Below, piece by piece: positions 1 through 10,309 of a stretch of DNA of 64,000 nucleotides; position 1 is the first letter of the stretch, and every line of letters begins with the position of its first letter. Under the pieces are notes generated by a model. That model was not told the origin of the DNA, made no database searches, and saw only the letters and a list, made by a program, of their open reading frames with translations. The stretch comes from an uncultured Chroococcidiopsis sp. Its GTDB lineage: Bacteria > Cyanobacteriota > Cyanobacteriia > Cyanobacteriales > Chroococcidiopsidaceae. Where the stretch lies: positions 98,212-162,211 of the forward strand of contig CAXTYC010000007.1 in NCBI GenBank assembly GCA_964248365.1. The letters run 5' to 3'. The translations under genes were made by a program, and so were the position numbers.

Positions 1-158
1 TCTGTAGCATTTGTAACCGAAAAGACTAGTCGTTTTCCCAAAGTACCAGATTTGGGAAGAACAGGCTGGGGACTAGAATTGACACGCTATCTATTAAAGA
101 TACCATCTGCTAGAAACAAAAAGGATTTACGCTTGGCTAACCGCGCGTCCGCTAACAA

Positions 159-924
159 CTAATTTACTCGCTCAATCTTAGTCTCAAAAGTTCCATTGCT
201 GTGCAGCGTCAACAGTCTGAATCCTGGTTGAGTCTGAGCGATCGCAAACTCTACACTTTTACAGTTTAAACTGCACACAAGTTGAAGGTGAGCCAAGATA
301 TTGTACCCCGCGCCGTTCGCCTTCAAATGCTTGATGAATATAACCAAATACAACTAATTTAACTTGTGAATATCGCTCAATAACTGCAAAAAATTCGTCT
401 GGATTTTGTAATTTTATCCGCTCCATCCAATCTGAATTAATCGGGCAAGGTGGATGATGCAATGCAACGAGAGTCGGCTTATCAATAAGTTGCAACTGCT
501 GCTCTAACCAGTCTAAACTTGCTTGAGATAATTGATTATGTACTTGTTTTGGTATCCAATAAGTCAGTAATAAGAAATGCCATGAACCTACGCTAAAAGA
601 CTTATCAGCCTCAATGGGTGGCTGATTTAATACTTGTTGCATTAATGGCAAATCATCGTGATTTCCTGGTATCCAATCTGTAGGAATCTACAGGGGCGAT
701 AAGATATCTTTAAGCCGCTGATAGGATTCTTTGGTTTCATCTTGAGAAATGTCACCAGTTAGTAGCAAGATATTTGGTAATGGTCGTAGCAAACTCAAAT
801 GTGCTACAACTGCTTGCAAAGAATCATGGGTACGCACACCTAGCATCTGTTGTTCATCTTTGGCAAACAGATGAGTATCTGTAATTTGAGCAACTAGTAA
901 GGGGGATTTAAGCATAGAACTCAT
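159..924 (-). pseudogene. cpdA: 3',5'-cyclic-nucleotide phosphodiesterase (Icc/CpdA-like metallophosphoesterase), disrupted
   Basis: Motifs DTH, TGDISQD, PGNHD, LHH and GYIH are spread over three ORF pieces. In-frame TAG at 688-690 followed by IPTDWIPGNHDD, a 1-nt frameshift near 262, and the GHxH motif reads GYIH. Confidence 0.85.
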
Positions 925-1775
925 TCAAATACTACTGTTTTATTGTGATAGATTAAGACTCGATTTTGTAAGTGCGATCGCACTGCTCTAGCTAGTACTA
1001 CTCGTTCTAGATCTTTACCTTTACGAATTAGGTCATCAACTTCGTCTCGGTGGCTAATTCGTACTACATCTTGCTCAATAATTGGTCCTGCATCTAGATC
1101 GGCTGTGACATAATGCGCGGTAGCACCAATAATTTTTACTCCCCGTTCATAAGCTTTGTGATATGGATTTGCACCTACAAATGCTGGGAGAAATGAGTGA
1201 TGAATATTGATGATTTGAGGAAATTGGGCAATAAATTCTGGACTGACAATTTGCATATATTTCGCCAGTACTACTAAGTCTATGTTGTACTGTCGTAGCA
1301 ATTCCAATTGTCTAGCTTCCCCTTCTTGTTTATTTTCCTTGTTGATGGGAATGTGGTGATAATCGATGCCAAATTGTTCTGCTACAACCTTTAAATCAGG
1401 ATGGTTACTGATGATTAGCCCAATTTCTGCGTCAAATTCTCCCGCTTTCTTTCGCAAAATTAAGTCGAATAAACAATGTTCTTGCCGACTTACCCAGATG
1501 GCAATTCGCGGTATAGTGTCAGAAAAATGTAGTTTCCAGTCTGCTTGCAAAGGTTGAGCAACAGAGGCGAATGCTGGGGCAATTAATTCTCTGGGTAGAT
1601 TGAATCCCTCTAGCTGCCATTCAATTCGAGTTAAAAACAATCCAGCCGCAAAATCTGTATGCTGATCGGCATGAATAATATTACCACCATTAGCATAAAT
1701 GAAGTTAGCAATTTTTGCTACCAGTCCTCGCTGATCTGGACACGAAACTAACAGAATAGCTGTCTGTCTGTTCAT
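921..1775 (-). CDS. purU: formyltetrahydrofolate deformylase
   Basis: N-terminal ACT domain (CPDQRGLVA), INIHHSFLPAF, GATAHYVT, DAGPIIEQ; 284 aa. Confidence 0.97.
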   Translation of the reverse strand: MNRQTAILLVSCPDQRGLVAKIANFIYANGGNIIHADQHTDFAAGLFLTRIEWQLEGFNLPRELIAPAFASVAQPLQADWKLHFSDTIPRIAIWVSRQEHCLFDLILRKKAGEFDAEIGLIISNHPDLKVVAEQFGIDYHHIPINKENKQEGEARQLELLRQYNIDLVVLAKYMQIVSPEFIAQFPQIINIHHSFLPAFVGANPYHKAYERGVKIIGATAHYVTADLDAGPIIEQDVVRISHRDEVDDLIRKGKDLERVVLARAVRSHLQNRVLIYHNKTVVFE

Positions 1776-1899
1776 ATTCTTTACTTTTATTAATAAATAA
1801 AATTTGATAATTTAACAACTGTTAATTTATAAATAAATAAAATCATCTTGACTTTCAGCCTAAAGACTCCTAAACAAATAGTCCTCTTACACGAATATA

Positions 1900-1981
1900 G
1901 TAGGGTTTGTTACGGCTTCGCGCATAGCGCACCATGCAGTGAAGTTTTGAGTGCATTACGCTATCCAAGAGCGTACCCTAC
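1900..1981. repeat. degenerate GTAG-type REP-like palindromic element
   Basis: Begins GTAGGG and ends CCCTAC, with internal imperfect palindromes. Confidence 0.5.
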
Positions 1982-2217
1982 TAAGGTGCAACGCCAAATC
2001 CACATTAGTTTATCATGTTAGATTTTAGATGCTCAGGTAGTGTCTCTAAAATTGGGCAATCTGGGCTATTCAATTGTTGCAACCACGAATCAAAAGGGTG
2101 TCACATATAATTGCGCCTAGAAATAAACTTCATAATTGTACATAGGTGAATCCCGTTTTCACAGGAACTTATAACTTTGTTGCAAAATTTACATTTAAGT
2201 ATTGTCTAGATAAAAAA

Positions 2218-2233
2218 TGTATGTAACAATACA
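2218..2233. promoter_or_regulatory. putative NtcA binding site
   Basis: Exact TGTA-N8-TACA (TGTATGTAACAATACA) in an AT-rich intergenic region; TAGATT -10-like box at 2245-2250. Confidence 0.5.
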
Positions 2234-2574
2234 TTAAATATTAATAGATTACTCAGGAAAGGGAGAGCGATCGCCTCAGTGGAAAGTAGGCGCGGTAATG
2301 GCTACCGCGTTAATGCACAAATTATTTGCATAACTAGAAACTTCGCAGGTAATCATTTATTGTTATGTTCGCGTTGCAACAGTATTTTTGTAAGCAGCGC
2401 GATCGCGCCAAGGGTGTTAATCCAAATTGTCAGAAGTCGATAAATAACAGGGTGTTTTATATTACTTAGGTGCTTTGTCTTGTGCGATCGCGCCAAGCGC
2501 ACAAGGCTAACGCATTGATCAAAGAAGCGATCGCTGTTAAATGTATTTACACTTATTAACCTATTCGGAAAGAA

Positions 2575-2850
2575 ATGTTACTACAAATACTATTAATTTC
2601 TGCCGCAATGTTTTATGTAGTAATAGGCTCCTGCTTATTTAGCCAGTGGCTAGACATTATGGAGCGGGATGCCCAGATAAACTCACATATTTTACTTTCT
2701 AGAATACTTTTGGTCACAGCCACTATCTTATGGCCCATTGTAGTGCCGTTCGCTTATCTAGAATTGTTACCATCTCAAAGTAAAAAGGATATCAAGACAC
2801 TAGCAGAGCAAATACACGAAAGCTTTGCCGCTGAAAGCGAGTCGGCATAG
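2575..2850 (+). CDS. small hypothetical membrane protein
   Basis: 91 aa, two hydrophobic segments, LWPIVVPFAYLELL motif. Confidence 0.7.
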   Translation: MLLQILLISAAMFYVVIGSCLFSQWLDIMERDAQINSHILLSRILLVTATILWPIVVPFAYLELLPSQSKKDIKTLAEQIHESFAAESESA

Positions 2851-2860
2851 CAGGGAGTAG

Positions 2861-2924
2861 GTAGGGGCGGGTTTAAACAAGTTATCTGTTTGTTTACAAG
2901 TATGTCTAATAAACCCGCCCGTAC
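2861..2924. repeat. 64-bp REP-like element (GTAGGGGCGGGTTT...AAACCCGCCCGTAC)
   Basis: Inverted arms of about 14 bp; same length and arms as the copy at 17461-17524. Confidence 0.8.
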
Positions 2925-2970
2925 GGGAGTAGGGAAAAAGTAACCACCTACATTTCTTCTTTCTTTGCCT

Positions 2971-5388
2971 CTAGCGACGATTACCAGGATAAGTATTGAT
3001 TCCTCCCCGATTGCGTTCTAGCATTTGACGCACATCAGGACTAGGAGTGTAGTTATAACCCATCGAGGAAGAACGCTCAGAATCATCAAGAATCTGCGGC
3101 GTTAGCAACACAATGACCTCATTGCGCTGATTGGATCTATTTGTCCTTCTAAAGAGCGACCCAATAATCGGAATATCTCCCAAAATAGGAATCTTAGTTA
3201 TTGCAGTTCGGTCTGTGTCTTGAATAATCCCTGATAAAATTAGAGTTTGATTGTCTCGTAGGCGAATTAACCCAGAATTAAGCGATCGCTCAGACACCAA
3301 AAATATTGTTTGCTGATTACCCCCACCAAGATTTACAGTCTGTGAAGATTGGGGCGCTCTCACAACCGGAGCTACTGATAAAGAGACAAAACCATTATCG
3401 TCAACCCGCTCAATCCTGACACCAAGGGTTAAACCTATATTCTGCTTCTCAACTGTTAGGGTTTGTCTAGTACCACCCGTAGTATCAGTTATGTCATTTC
3501 TGACGTTTCCCACCACTTCCTGTGTCAAGTTGACATTTGCCTGCTGACCTTCCTGCACAAGTAAGGTAGGGTCGGTCAAAATTTTGGCATTACCGCTGAT
3601 AACCTGAGCTTGTAACTGAGACAAAAAGCGTCTGGGATATTGAAATAGAGTTGGCAACCCATATGTATTAGAAGTAGCGTCTGTAAGACCAGGTTGGAGA
3701 GGATTTAAGTTAGTGCCAAAGGGCGCACGAGGTCTTAATCCATTTGGAAAGTTTGGGTTAAGCGATGGTATAGGATTGCCATTATTAAAATTGCCAAAGG
3801 GAGCATTTGGCTGAGCATCCAAGAAAGGTGCTTGAGTTGTTCCTTGTGGAAAGCCTGGAGTTGTTATAGGTGGATTAAATCTACCTGTACGCACATCAGT
3901 ACTAGAAGGTGGATTCACTCCACCAAAACTAAAAGTGGCAGCTCCTCCATCATTGGAAAAGAAGGTTCTACCAATGCCAAACGAGAAACTGGTGTTTATG
4001 TCTTCAGTCGCCAACAGGTTAACATCGACAATCTTGACATTTATGGCAACTTGACGACGACGGGAATCAAGTTGAATCAGTTGAGCAGAAGCAACATCAA
4101 TTTGCTTGGGACTACCAACCAAAGTGACAGAGTTGGTGCGCTCGTCGCCGATTACCTCTAAACCTCGTAGCAGTGGTGTAGAGTCTTGAAAGTCAATTCG
4201 CTGAGTTTCAATTCTCGTTTCTGTGCTGGTTTGAGTTTGTGTAGCTGGAGTTTGAGCGCCTCCCACAGGCACAGCCTGCACACTAGTAATAGTACGTTCG
4301 CGGCTGACGGCACTTTCTGCTCCCAATGCGACTAAAAAGTTCAGCGCTACTCCCACCGTCACCTGATTGAGTCGCAGGCTACGTGTAATTAAGTTGCGAG
4401 CCTCATTGGGCAACCTTGGACCTACGAAAATAGTGCGCTCTTCTCGGTATGCTTGCAAACCACTGACGCGAAGGACAGAATTAAAGACATCCTGAACGGA
4501 CTCATCTTGAATATCCAGAGAAATTCTTGGTCCTTCATTACCTGCGCCTGCATTTTGTTGATTTTGCTGCTGCTGCTGCTGCTGTCCACCGCCTGGCGCT
4601 GTGGCTGTTGTATAAGCTAGGTTCAAACCAGCGGCGCGGGCAAGCAGGGATAGCACTTCTCGCACTGGAGCATCGCGCAACACCAAGCGCGGCACTCGTT
4701 CGTTTGTTCCCAAATTAATTAGTGCGGGTGAGGTATCAGTATTTGAAACGGCAATATCTCCTACAGGTGGCGCAACTGCTCTAGGTAAAGTAGGCGGAGC
4801 TGATGGTGCTGATTGTGCTGTTGTAGAGGGTGAGGTTGGCGCTCCATCAATCGTTACCTTGGGGTTGGGAACGAGAACATTGGGTCTTTGCGCTGTTCGT
4901 GTTTGACCTGGTTGAAATGTTGTTGCTCGTGGGGTAGTCCGTCGTGCAGATGTGGTGGGCTTTCCCGATGCTGGGCTAATACTAAGGGAAACTCCCCCAG
5001 CATTTCGCTGTTGTAATTGACCATTGGGAGCGCTGGTAGTACCAGTAACAACCATGCGAACGCTGTTTGCATCGAGCTGGGTAACTACAACTGAATCAAT
5101 CCCAGGAGCTGGCTTGTTTTGGCGGAAATTGTTTCCTTGCGGCAAGCTTAGCTGAGCATTGACAATGTCTGCAACTAAGGTATTACCTTGCTTGCTAGTA
5201 AAAACTTGGGGACGAGCATTCCCAGAAGTCCTTAAAACTAAATTTAAGCCACTATTTGTTTGATTTATTTGCACTGCTGTTACTTTGGCAGTTTGCGCCC
5301 AAACTGGTTGGGCTACCAACATCACAACTGCTACTGGGGCAAATAGTACGCCACTACCTTGAAGCTGTTTTGTCCGTTCTCTTTTCAC
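2971..5388 (-). CDS. pilQ: type IV pilus secretin with AMIN domain
   Basis: Signal peptide, AMIN-like N-terminus, secretin C-domain (KIPILGDIPIIGSLFR, VIVLLTPQI); downstream of pilMNO. Confidence 0.93.
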   Translation of the reverse strand: MKRERTKQLQGSGVLFAPVAVVMLVAQPVWAQTAKVTAVQINQTNSGLNLVLRTSGNARPQVFTSKQGNTLVADIVNAQLSLPQGNNFRQNKPAPGIDSVVVTQLDANSVRMVVTGTTSAPNGQLQQRNAGGVSLSISPASGKPTTSARRTTPRATTFQPGQTRTAQRPNVLVPNPKVTIDGAPTSPSTTAQSAPSAPPTLPRAVAPPVGDIAVSNTDTSPALINLGTNERVPRLVLRDAPVREVLSLLARAAGLNLAYTTATAPGGGQQQQQQQNQQNAGAGNEGPRISLDIQDESVQDVFNSVLRVSGLQAYREERTIFVGPRLPNEARNLITRSLRLNQVTVGVALNFLVALGAESAVSRERTITSVQAVPVGGAQTPATQTQTSTETRIETQRIDFQDSTPLLRGLEVIGDERTNSVTLVGSPKQIDVASAQLIQLDSRRRQVAINVKIVDVNLLATEDINTSFSFGIGRTFFSNDGGAATFSFGGVNPPSSTDVRTGRFNPPITTPGFPQGTTQAPFLDAQPNAPFGNFNNGNPIPSLNPNFPNGLRPRAPFGTNLNPLQPGLTDATSNTYGLPTLFQYPRRFLSQLQAQVISGNAKILTDPTLLVQEGQQANVNLTQEVVGNVRNDITDTTGGTRQTLTVEKQNIGLTLGVRIERVDDNGFVSLSVAPVVRAPQSSQTVNLGGGNQQTIFLVSERSLNSGLIRLRDNQTLILSGIIQDTDRTAITKIPILGDIPIIGSLFRRTNRSNQRNEVIVLLTPQILDDSERSSSMGYNYTPSPDVRQMLERNRGGINTYPGNRR

Positions 5389-6103
5389 TTTGAGTAAAGT
5401 TTAGTATTTTGCAATGCGCGGGTTTTCAATTCAAATTTGAAGGTATAAAACGGGAGTTGAATAAAAATTAAATACTGTCAACTCGCTTTTGTAAATCTTG
5501 TCCTTGGTTTTGTACAGAAATAGAATGAGTTCTAATATATACATCTCCATTCAAATATCTGTATTTACTTAGCTTGCTCTCAGCCGCGAAATGCACAAAA
5601 ACAACTAAGTACGAGTCGGTCTATAATTGAGCCTCATATTTAGCTAAGCAATAAACAACTGTAAGTCCTGTTAATTAACAACCTAGACAATTTAGAGTAA
5701 GTGTAAATTTGCTTTGTAGGTTGTATAGCAGGGATTCGGAAATAGGGAGTAGAAAGTAGGTAAAAAGTCTTGCAACAATAAAACTTATAGTAAATTAACT
5801 TGTCCTCATCTATCTACTCGCTGCTGAAATATTTTTTTTAGTAATCTTATACCACAAAACTCCAGACAAAACCTAACTTTATTTCTGCTTTATATTCAAG
5901 CGAAATATCACTTAGAATTTGTTTAATTCATCTTTCTAACATCCTTAACCTCAGTAAATATACGGTACTCTATAACACGTTCAAAAGATTCGTGAAATAC
6001 TGCACTATAACTGTCCTTTGTCAATAGTCATTTAACACTAGTAATTTGTAACTACATAGATGCTTAGGAACTCGCCGCCAAGCACAGGTAAAGGACAGCT
6101 GTA

Positions 6104-6844
6104 TTACTTTTTCTGTTGCTGTGCCTGTGCCGCTTGTGCCGCTTCTTGGGGGGAAACTGGCATCAGTGCTTGCAATTTGAAAGATGTAGAGATGGTTGGT
6201 AGTCCACCTACTGGTTTGTCTTTTTGATCAGGAGATGCTGCTGCCGTTGTCGATTGATAGTTTTTGACAATCAGCAAGGGTTGCAGGCGCTCAATATTAC
6301 GCAGGATTGATTGTGTTTGTTCAAATGTGCCTTCAAATGTAATATCTACTGTTCGTTGTTTGAGCTTGCCGTTGACTTCAGAACCTAGAGAACTATCTGC
6401 AATCACTTCAGCTGATTGATTAGCTGGGACAAATTTCGTCAGCTTGGCGCTGGTATTGCTCCCAGTATTCGTTGACTGAACCAGCCGATTGAGATCCAGT
6501 AGCAAAGTATCTAAAGTTTGCTCGTTGGCAAACAAAGTTAAAACTTGTGTGTTTTGCTGTTTTGCCTGGGCTAAATCCGCTTGCACTTTCTCTCTTTGTT
6601 GCAAGCTGGCTGCTTTTTGCTCAACTAATGCTTGTTTCTGGTTTTGGCTGTCTCTCAGTTCCTGATACCGCTGCCAAGCAGGCATCACCAAACTAGTAAG
6701 CAGGTAAACAGCGCCAGCTAATCCTAAAACAGCAAGCCCTATTCCGATGATTTGTGGTGTAAATGTAATCCCAAAGGCAGAAGGATATGTAGGTGCTGCT
6801 GCGGTATCTTCTTCAAAGGAAATAAATTCATCACTTAACGTCAT
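6104..6844 (-). CDS. pilO: type IV pilus assembly protein PilO
   Basis: TM segment, coiled coil, LDTLLLDLN and LRNIERLQPLL motifs; operon position. Confidence 0.85.
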   Translation of the reverse strand: MTLSDEFISFEEDTAAAPTYPSAFGITFTPQIIGIGLAVLGLAGAVYLLTSLVMPAWQRYQELRDSQNQKQALVEQKAASLQQREKVQADLAQAKQQNTQVLTLFANEQTLDTLLLDLNRLVQSTNTGSNTSAKLTKFVPANQSAEVIADSSLGSEVNGKLKQRTVDITFEGTFEQTQSILRNIERLQPLLIVKNYQSTTAAASPDQKDKPVGGLPTISTSFKLQALMPVSPQEAAQAAQAQQQKK

Positions 6845-7653
6845 GGTTGAATGACTCCTTTTTGTTGCAGTGTACGGATGCGAGTCACCAGTCCCAAAGT
6901 CCCCTTACGTTCCAACTCTCTTAGGATCTCAGAAGCGGGGACATTACTCAATTTTGATTCTACGGTGTATTTGACGATTTGGGGCAGTTTAACTTTCACA
7001 GATGCGTTCGCTGAAGCTTGGAGGGGGTTGTCGGTTAATTCAGCTGTAACAATTTTGGTTTCTCCTGGCTGCAAGAAAGCAGACTGATTGAGAGTGAGTA
7101 CAAAATCGTTTACGTCATTAAAAGATCGCGCCACTCCGGTAATTTGAATTCCTCCTGTCGCAATTGGGGTAGAAGGGACTGGTTGGGGCTTATTTGAAGA
7201 AGAGTTATTTGTAGAAGAGGCAGCTGCTGGCTGGGGTGCAGATGCTGTAATTTCCTTAACCGAGTCAATTTGCACTGTTTTGGGGATGCGATCGCGCAAA
7301 TCTTGCAACATTGCCGACCAAGGTCGAATCTGGTTAAATACTGTGGCTAATGCTTTGGTTTCTGACTGAACTTGACTTGTCTGTGCCTGAATTTTTTTAA
7401 TTTCTTCCTCAGCTACTCCCAAGCGGCTTAACTGGGCATCTATTGACTGCACTTTAGTTTCTAGCTGGGCATTTTGGTTTTGCAAAATCAACCATCCAGA
7501 TCCCACTAAAGCTGGCAAAATTACACCAACAGCAAGCCCTAGATAAATGCTCGTCTGACCACCAACACTTAAACCCGTCTTAGTATAACGGGTAAATTTC
7601 TCCTGCTTGCTTTCTACTCGATCTTTGAGAAAATTGACATCTAAACTATACAT
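6841..7653 (-). CDS. pilN: type IV pilus assembly protein PilN
   Basis: MYSLDVNFL PilM-binding motif, TM segment, PWSAMLQDL, ARSFNDVNDF. Confidence 0.92.
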   Translation of the reverse strand: MYSLDVNFLKDRVESKQEKFTRYTKTGLSVGGQTSIYLGLAVGVILPALVGSGWLILQNQNAQLETKVQSIDAQLSRLGVAEEEIKKIQAQTSQVQSETKALATVFNQIRPWSAMLQDLRDRIPKTVQIDSVKEITASAPQPAAASSTNNSSSNKPQPVPSTPIATGGIQITGVARSFNDVNDFVLTLNQSAFLQPGETKIVTAELTDNPLQASANASVKVKLPQIVKYTVESKLSNVPASEILRELERKGTLGLVTRIRTLQQKGVIQP

Positions 7654-8764
7654 CGCCCCAAACCCCCCTTAGTCCTAAACCTAATACAGTTGCTAATCCT
7701 GGGCGTTGTGCGGTCGTAATTTTCTCCTCATCTACCTCCAGGGATAACGCCGCTACCGGATCGATTTGACTGGTCGGCACATTTAATCTTTGTTGAAAAA
7801 ACTCATTTAGGTTTGTCAGCCCGCCTCCAGGTCCTGCCAAGAGAATCTGTGCCACATCCAAATTGTCGCTTTGGCTCAGATAAAATTCGACTGAGCGACG
7901 CAGTTCATCAGCTAGTTCTGTCAAAATTCTGATCACGGCTAAAGTCCCAGGATTTACGCCTGTTAAATCTAAGGAATCATCTTCATCGCTGTTAGCAGGA
8001 AGAGTTAATGACTGTAGCATCTGCGTATCTCTAGACCCTGGTAAATTCATACTTCGCAACAATGCATCTTGAAGATGATAAGTGCCGATGGGGACTGTAC
8101 GCGAAAATTGTGGCACTCCATCTACAATAATGGCAATTTCAGTACTATCGAATTGAATATCAACTAAAACTACTGCTTCCTGCATTCCATAACTTCGCAG
8201 TTGCTCTCGAATTGTTCTGATCAAGGCAAAACTGTTAATTTCTATAACATCCACTTTTAATCCGGCTTGTTGAAAAGTATTTATATAGGTGTCAGTTACC
8301 TCTTTGCGAGTAGCAACCAGTAGCACCTGTACCTTCTCAATTCCATCCTCATCTACAAAGTACCCCAATTTCTGATAATCGACATCAGCTTCTTCTCTAG
8401 GATATGGCAAGTACAAACCAGCTTCATGTTGAAGTACCATCTCTCGTAACTCTTGATCGTTTAACTCCGCTGGCAAGGGAATCAGACGAATTAGGGATTC
8501 TCGCCCAGGTACAGCCGTAGCGACTCGCTGCGCTTTGATTTTGCTTTCGGCTAGTGCTTGTTTGATTAACTCTGCCAAGCCTGACGAATCGGCAATTAGA
8601 CCATCTTGAAAAATGCCTTCAGGAACTGGTAATGAGGACAAGGCTGCTAGTTTAAATCCCTGCCCCTGTCTTTGCAGCTTGGCTATATTAATCTTCTCTG
8701 GAGCTAATTCGATGCCTACCCCAGTTTTGCGTTTTGCCAATAAACTTTTGAAGCGGTTAATCAC
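7646..8764 (-). CDS. pilM: type IV pilus assembly protein PilM
   Basis: Actin-like fold motifs VGIEL, VLLVATRKE, LAGPGG; overlaps pilN. Confidence 0.95.
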   Translation of the reverse strand: MINRFKSLLAKRKTGVGIELAPEKINIAKLQRQGQGFKLAALSSLPVPEGIFQDGLIADSSGLAELIKQALAESKIKAQRVATAVPGRESLIRLIPLPAELNDQELREMVLQHEAGLYLPYPREEADVDYQKLGYFVDEDGIEKVQVLLVATRKEVTDTYINTFQQAGLKVDVIEINSFALIRTIREQLRSYGMQEAVVLVDIQFDSTEIAIIVDGVPQFSRTVPIGTYHLQDALLRSMNLPGSRDTQMLQSLTLPANSDEDDSLDLTGVNPGTLAVIRILTELADELRRSVEFYLSQSDNLDVAQILLAGPGGGLTNLNEFFQQRLNVPTSQIDPVAALSLEVDEEKITTAQRPGLATVLGLGLRGVWGDV

Positions 8765-8891
8765 AGTTTTACACAGTTTTACAAGTTGAATTGAGGGGAG
8801 ATAATTAGACTAAGTGAGATATTTGTGCTAGGGTCAGCTAATTTAACTTATAATCGCAAAGCTTGTTTAATGAATACATAAGTTGTAAAAA

Positions 8892-10220
8892 ATGTCAACA
8901 ACACTACTTGGGAGCAGAATTAGAACACAGAAACTAGTAGTTTGTACTTTGTTAGGGTTGCTTATTAGCTGGATTGTTAGTTGTAGCCCCGTCAACGTCA
9001 GTAACCAAACATCGCAGTCCAACTCAGGTAGCAGGCAAATTGAGTTTTGGACGATGCAACTACAACCGGAATTTACCGACTATTTCAACAGTGTAATTAA
9101 GTCATTTGAGAAAGAAAATCCTGGCGTAAAGGTAAGCTGGGTAGATGTGCCTTGGACGGCAATGGAGAGTAAAATTTTAACAGCTGTAGCGGCAAAAACT
9201 GCACCAGACATTGTTAATCTGAATCCTGATTTTGCCTCTGTGCTAGCAGCTCGTAATGCTTGGCTTGATTTAGATAATAAAGTACCGAATGAGGTGCGCT
9301 CAACCTATTTGCCGAATATTTGGAAAGCAAGCACACTTAATGGTAAAAGTTTTGGAATTCCTTGGTATCTCACTACGAGATTAACAATTCATAATATAGA
9401 CTTGTTAAAGCAGGCTGGGCTAAGTCAGCCACCAGCAACTTATGCCCAATTAGCTCAAGTGGCGAGGCAAGTTAAAGAAAAAACTGGTAAATACGCCTTT
9501 TTTACGACATTTGTGCCAGAGGATTCAGCGGAAGTACTCGAATCCTTTGTACAGATGGGAGCAACTTTAGTAGATGCTCAAGGGAAAGCAGCCTTTAACA
9601 CCCCTCAAGGAAAAGCAGCATTTCAATATTGGGTAGACTTATACAAAAATGGACTCTTACCCCAAGAAGTCTTAACCCAAGGACATCGACATGGAATAGA
9701 ACTTTATCAAGCAGGAGAGATAGCCTTGCTGGGGACTGGGGGAGAATTTCTCAAGACAATTGCTACAAATGCCCCTGCGATCGCCAAAGTTTCCGCAATT
9801 GCACCCGAAATCACAGGCGAGACAGGCAAAAAAAACGTAGCCGTGATGAACCTGGTAATTCCCAAAGACACCGATCAACCAGACAACGCCCTAAAATTTG
9901 CCCTGTTCGTCACTAACAGCGAAAATCAGCTAGCCTTCGCCAAAGCTGCGAATGTACTCCCTTCTACTACCACTACACTCAATAACAGCTACTTCAATTC
10001 TCTCCCAGCCAATGCATCACAGCTAGATCGAGCGCGTATCGTCAGCGCCAACCAACTAAAACAGGCAGAAGTCTTAATTCCCGCCATGCAAGATATTAAC
10101 ATCTTGACAAGAGCAATTTATGAAAATCTCCAAGCAGCAATGCTAGGTGAGAAAACAGTCGACGGGGCAATTGCTGATGCTGCAACAGCATGGGACGCTA
10201 AAGGAGGGGCTAGGGGCTAG
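8892..10220 (+). CDS. ABC transporter sugar-binding lipoprotein
   Basis: Lipobox-like IVSC, FWTMQL, APDIVNLNP, GIPWY: extracellular solute-binding family 1 features. Confidence 0.88.
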   Translation: MSTTLLGSRIRTQKLVVCTLLGLLISWIVSCSPVNVSNQTSQSNSGSRQIEFWTMQLQPEFTDYFNSVIKSFEKENPGVKVSWVDVPWTAMESKILTAVAAKTAPDIVNLNPDFASVLAARNAWLDLDNKVPNEVRSTYLPNIWKASTLNGKSFGIPWYLTTRLTIHNIDLLKQAGLSQPPATYAQLAQVARQVKEKTGKYAFFTTFVPEDSAEVLESFVQMGATLVDAQGKAAFNTPQGKAAFQYWVDLYKNGLLPQEVLTQGHRHGIELYQAGEIALLGTGGEFLKTIATNAPAIAKVSAIAPEITGETGKKNVAVMNLVIPKDTDQPDNALKFALFVTNSENQLAFAKAANVLPSTTTTLNNSYFNSLPANASQLDRARIVSANQLKQAEVLIPAMQDINILTRAIYENLQAAMLGEKTVDGAIADAATAWDAKGGARG

Positions 10221-10309
10221 AAGAGGGCAGGGGGGCGCAAGGAGCAAATTCAATCCAAAATCCAAAATCTATAGTCCCCAAAATTCCCTCGCCTCTCGCC
10301 TCTTACCTC

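Noticed and set aside
5389..6103. Missing pilP or hidden gene between pilO and pilQ
   Set aside because: AT-rich with no credible ORF; only a possible degenerate repeat near 5724-5830
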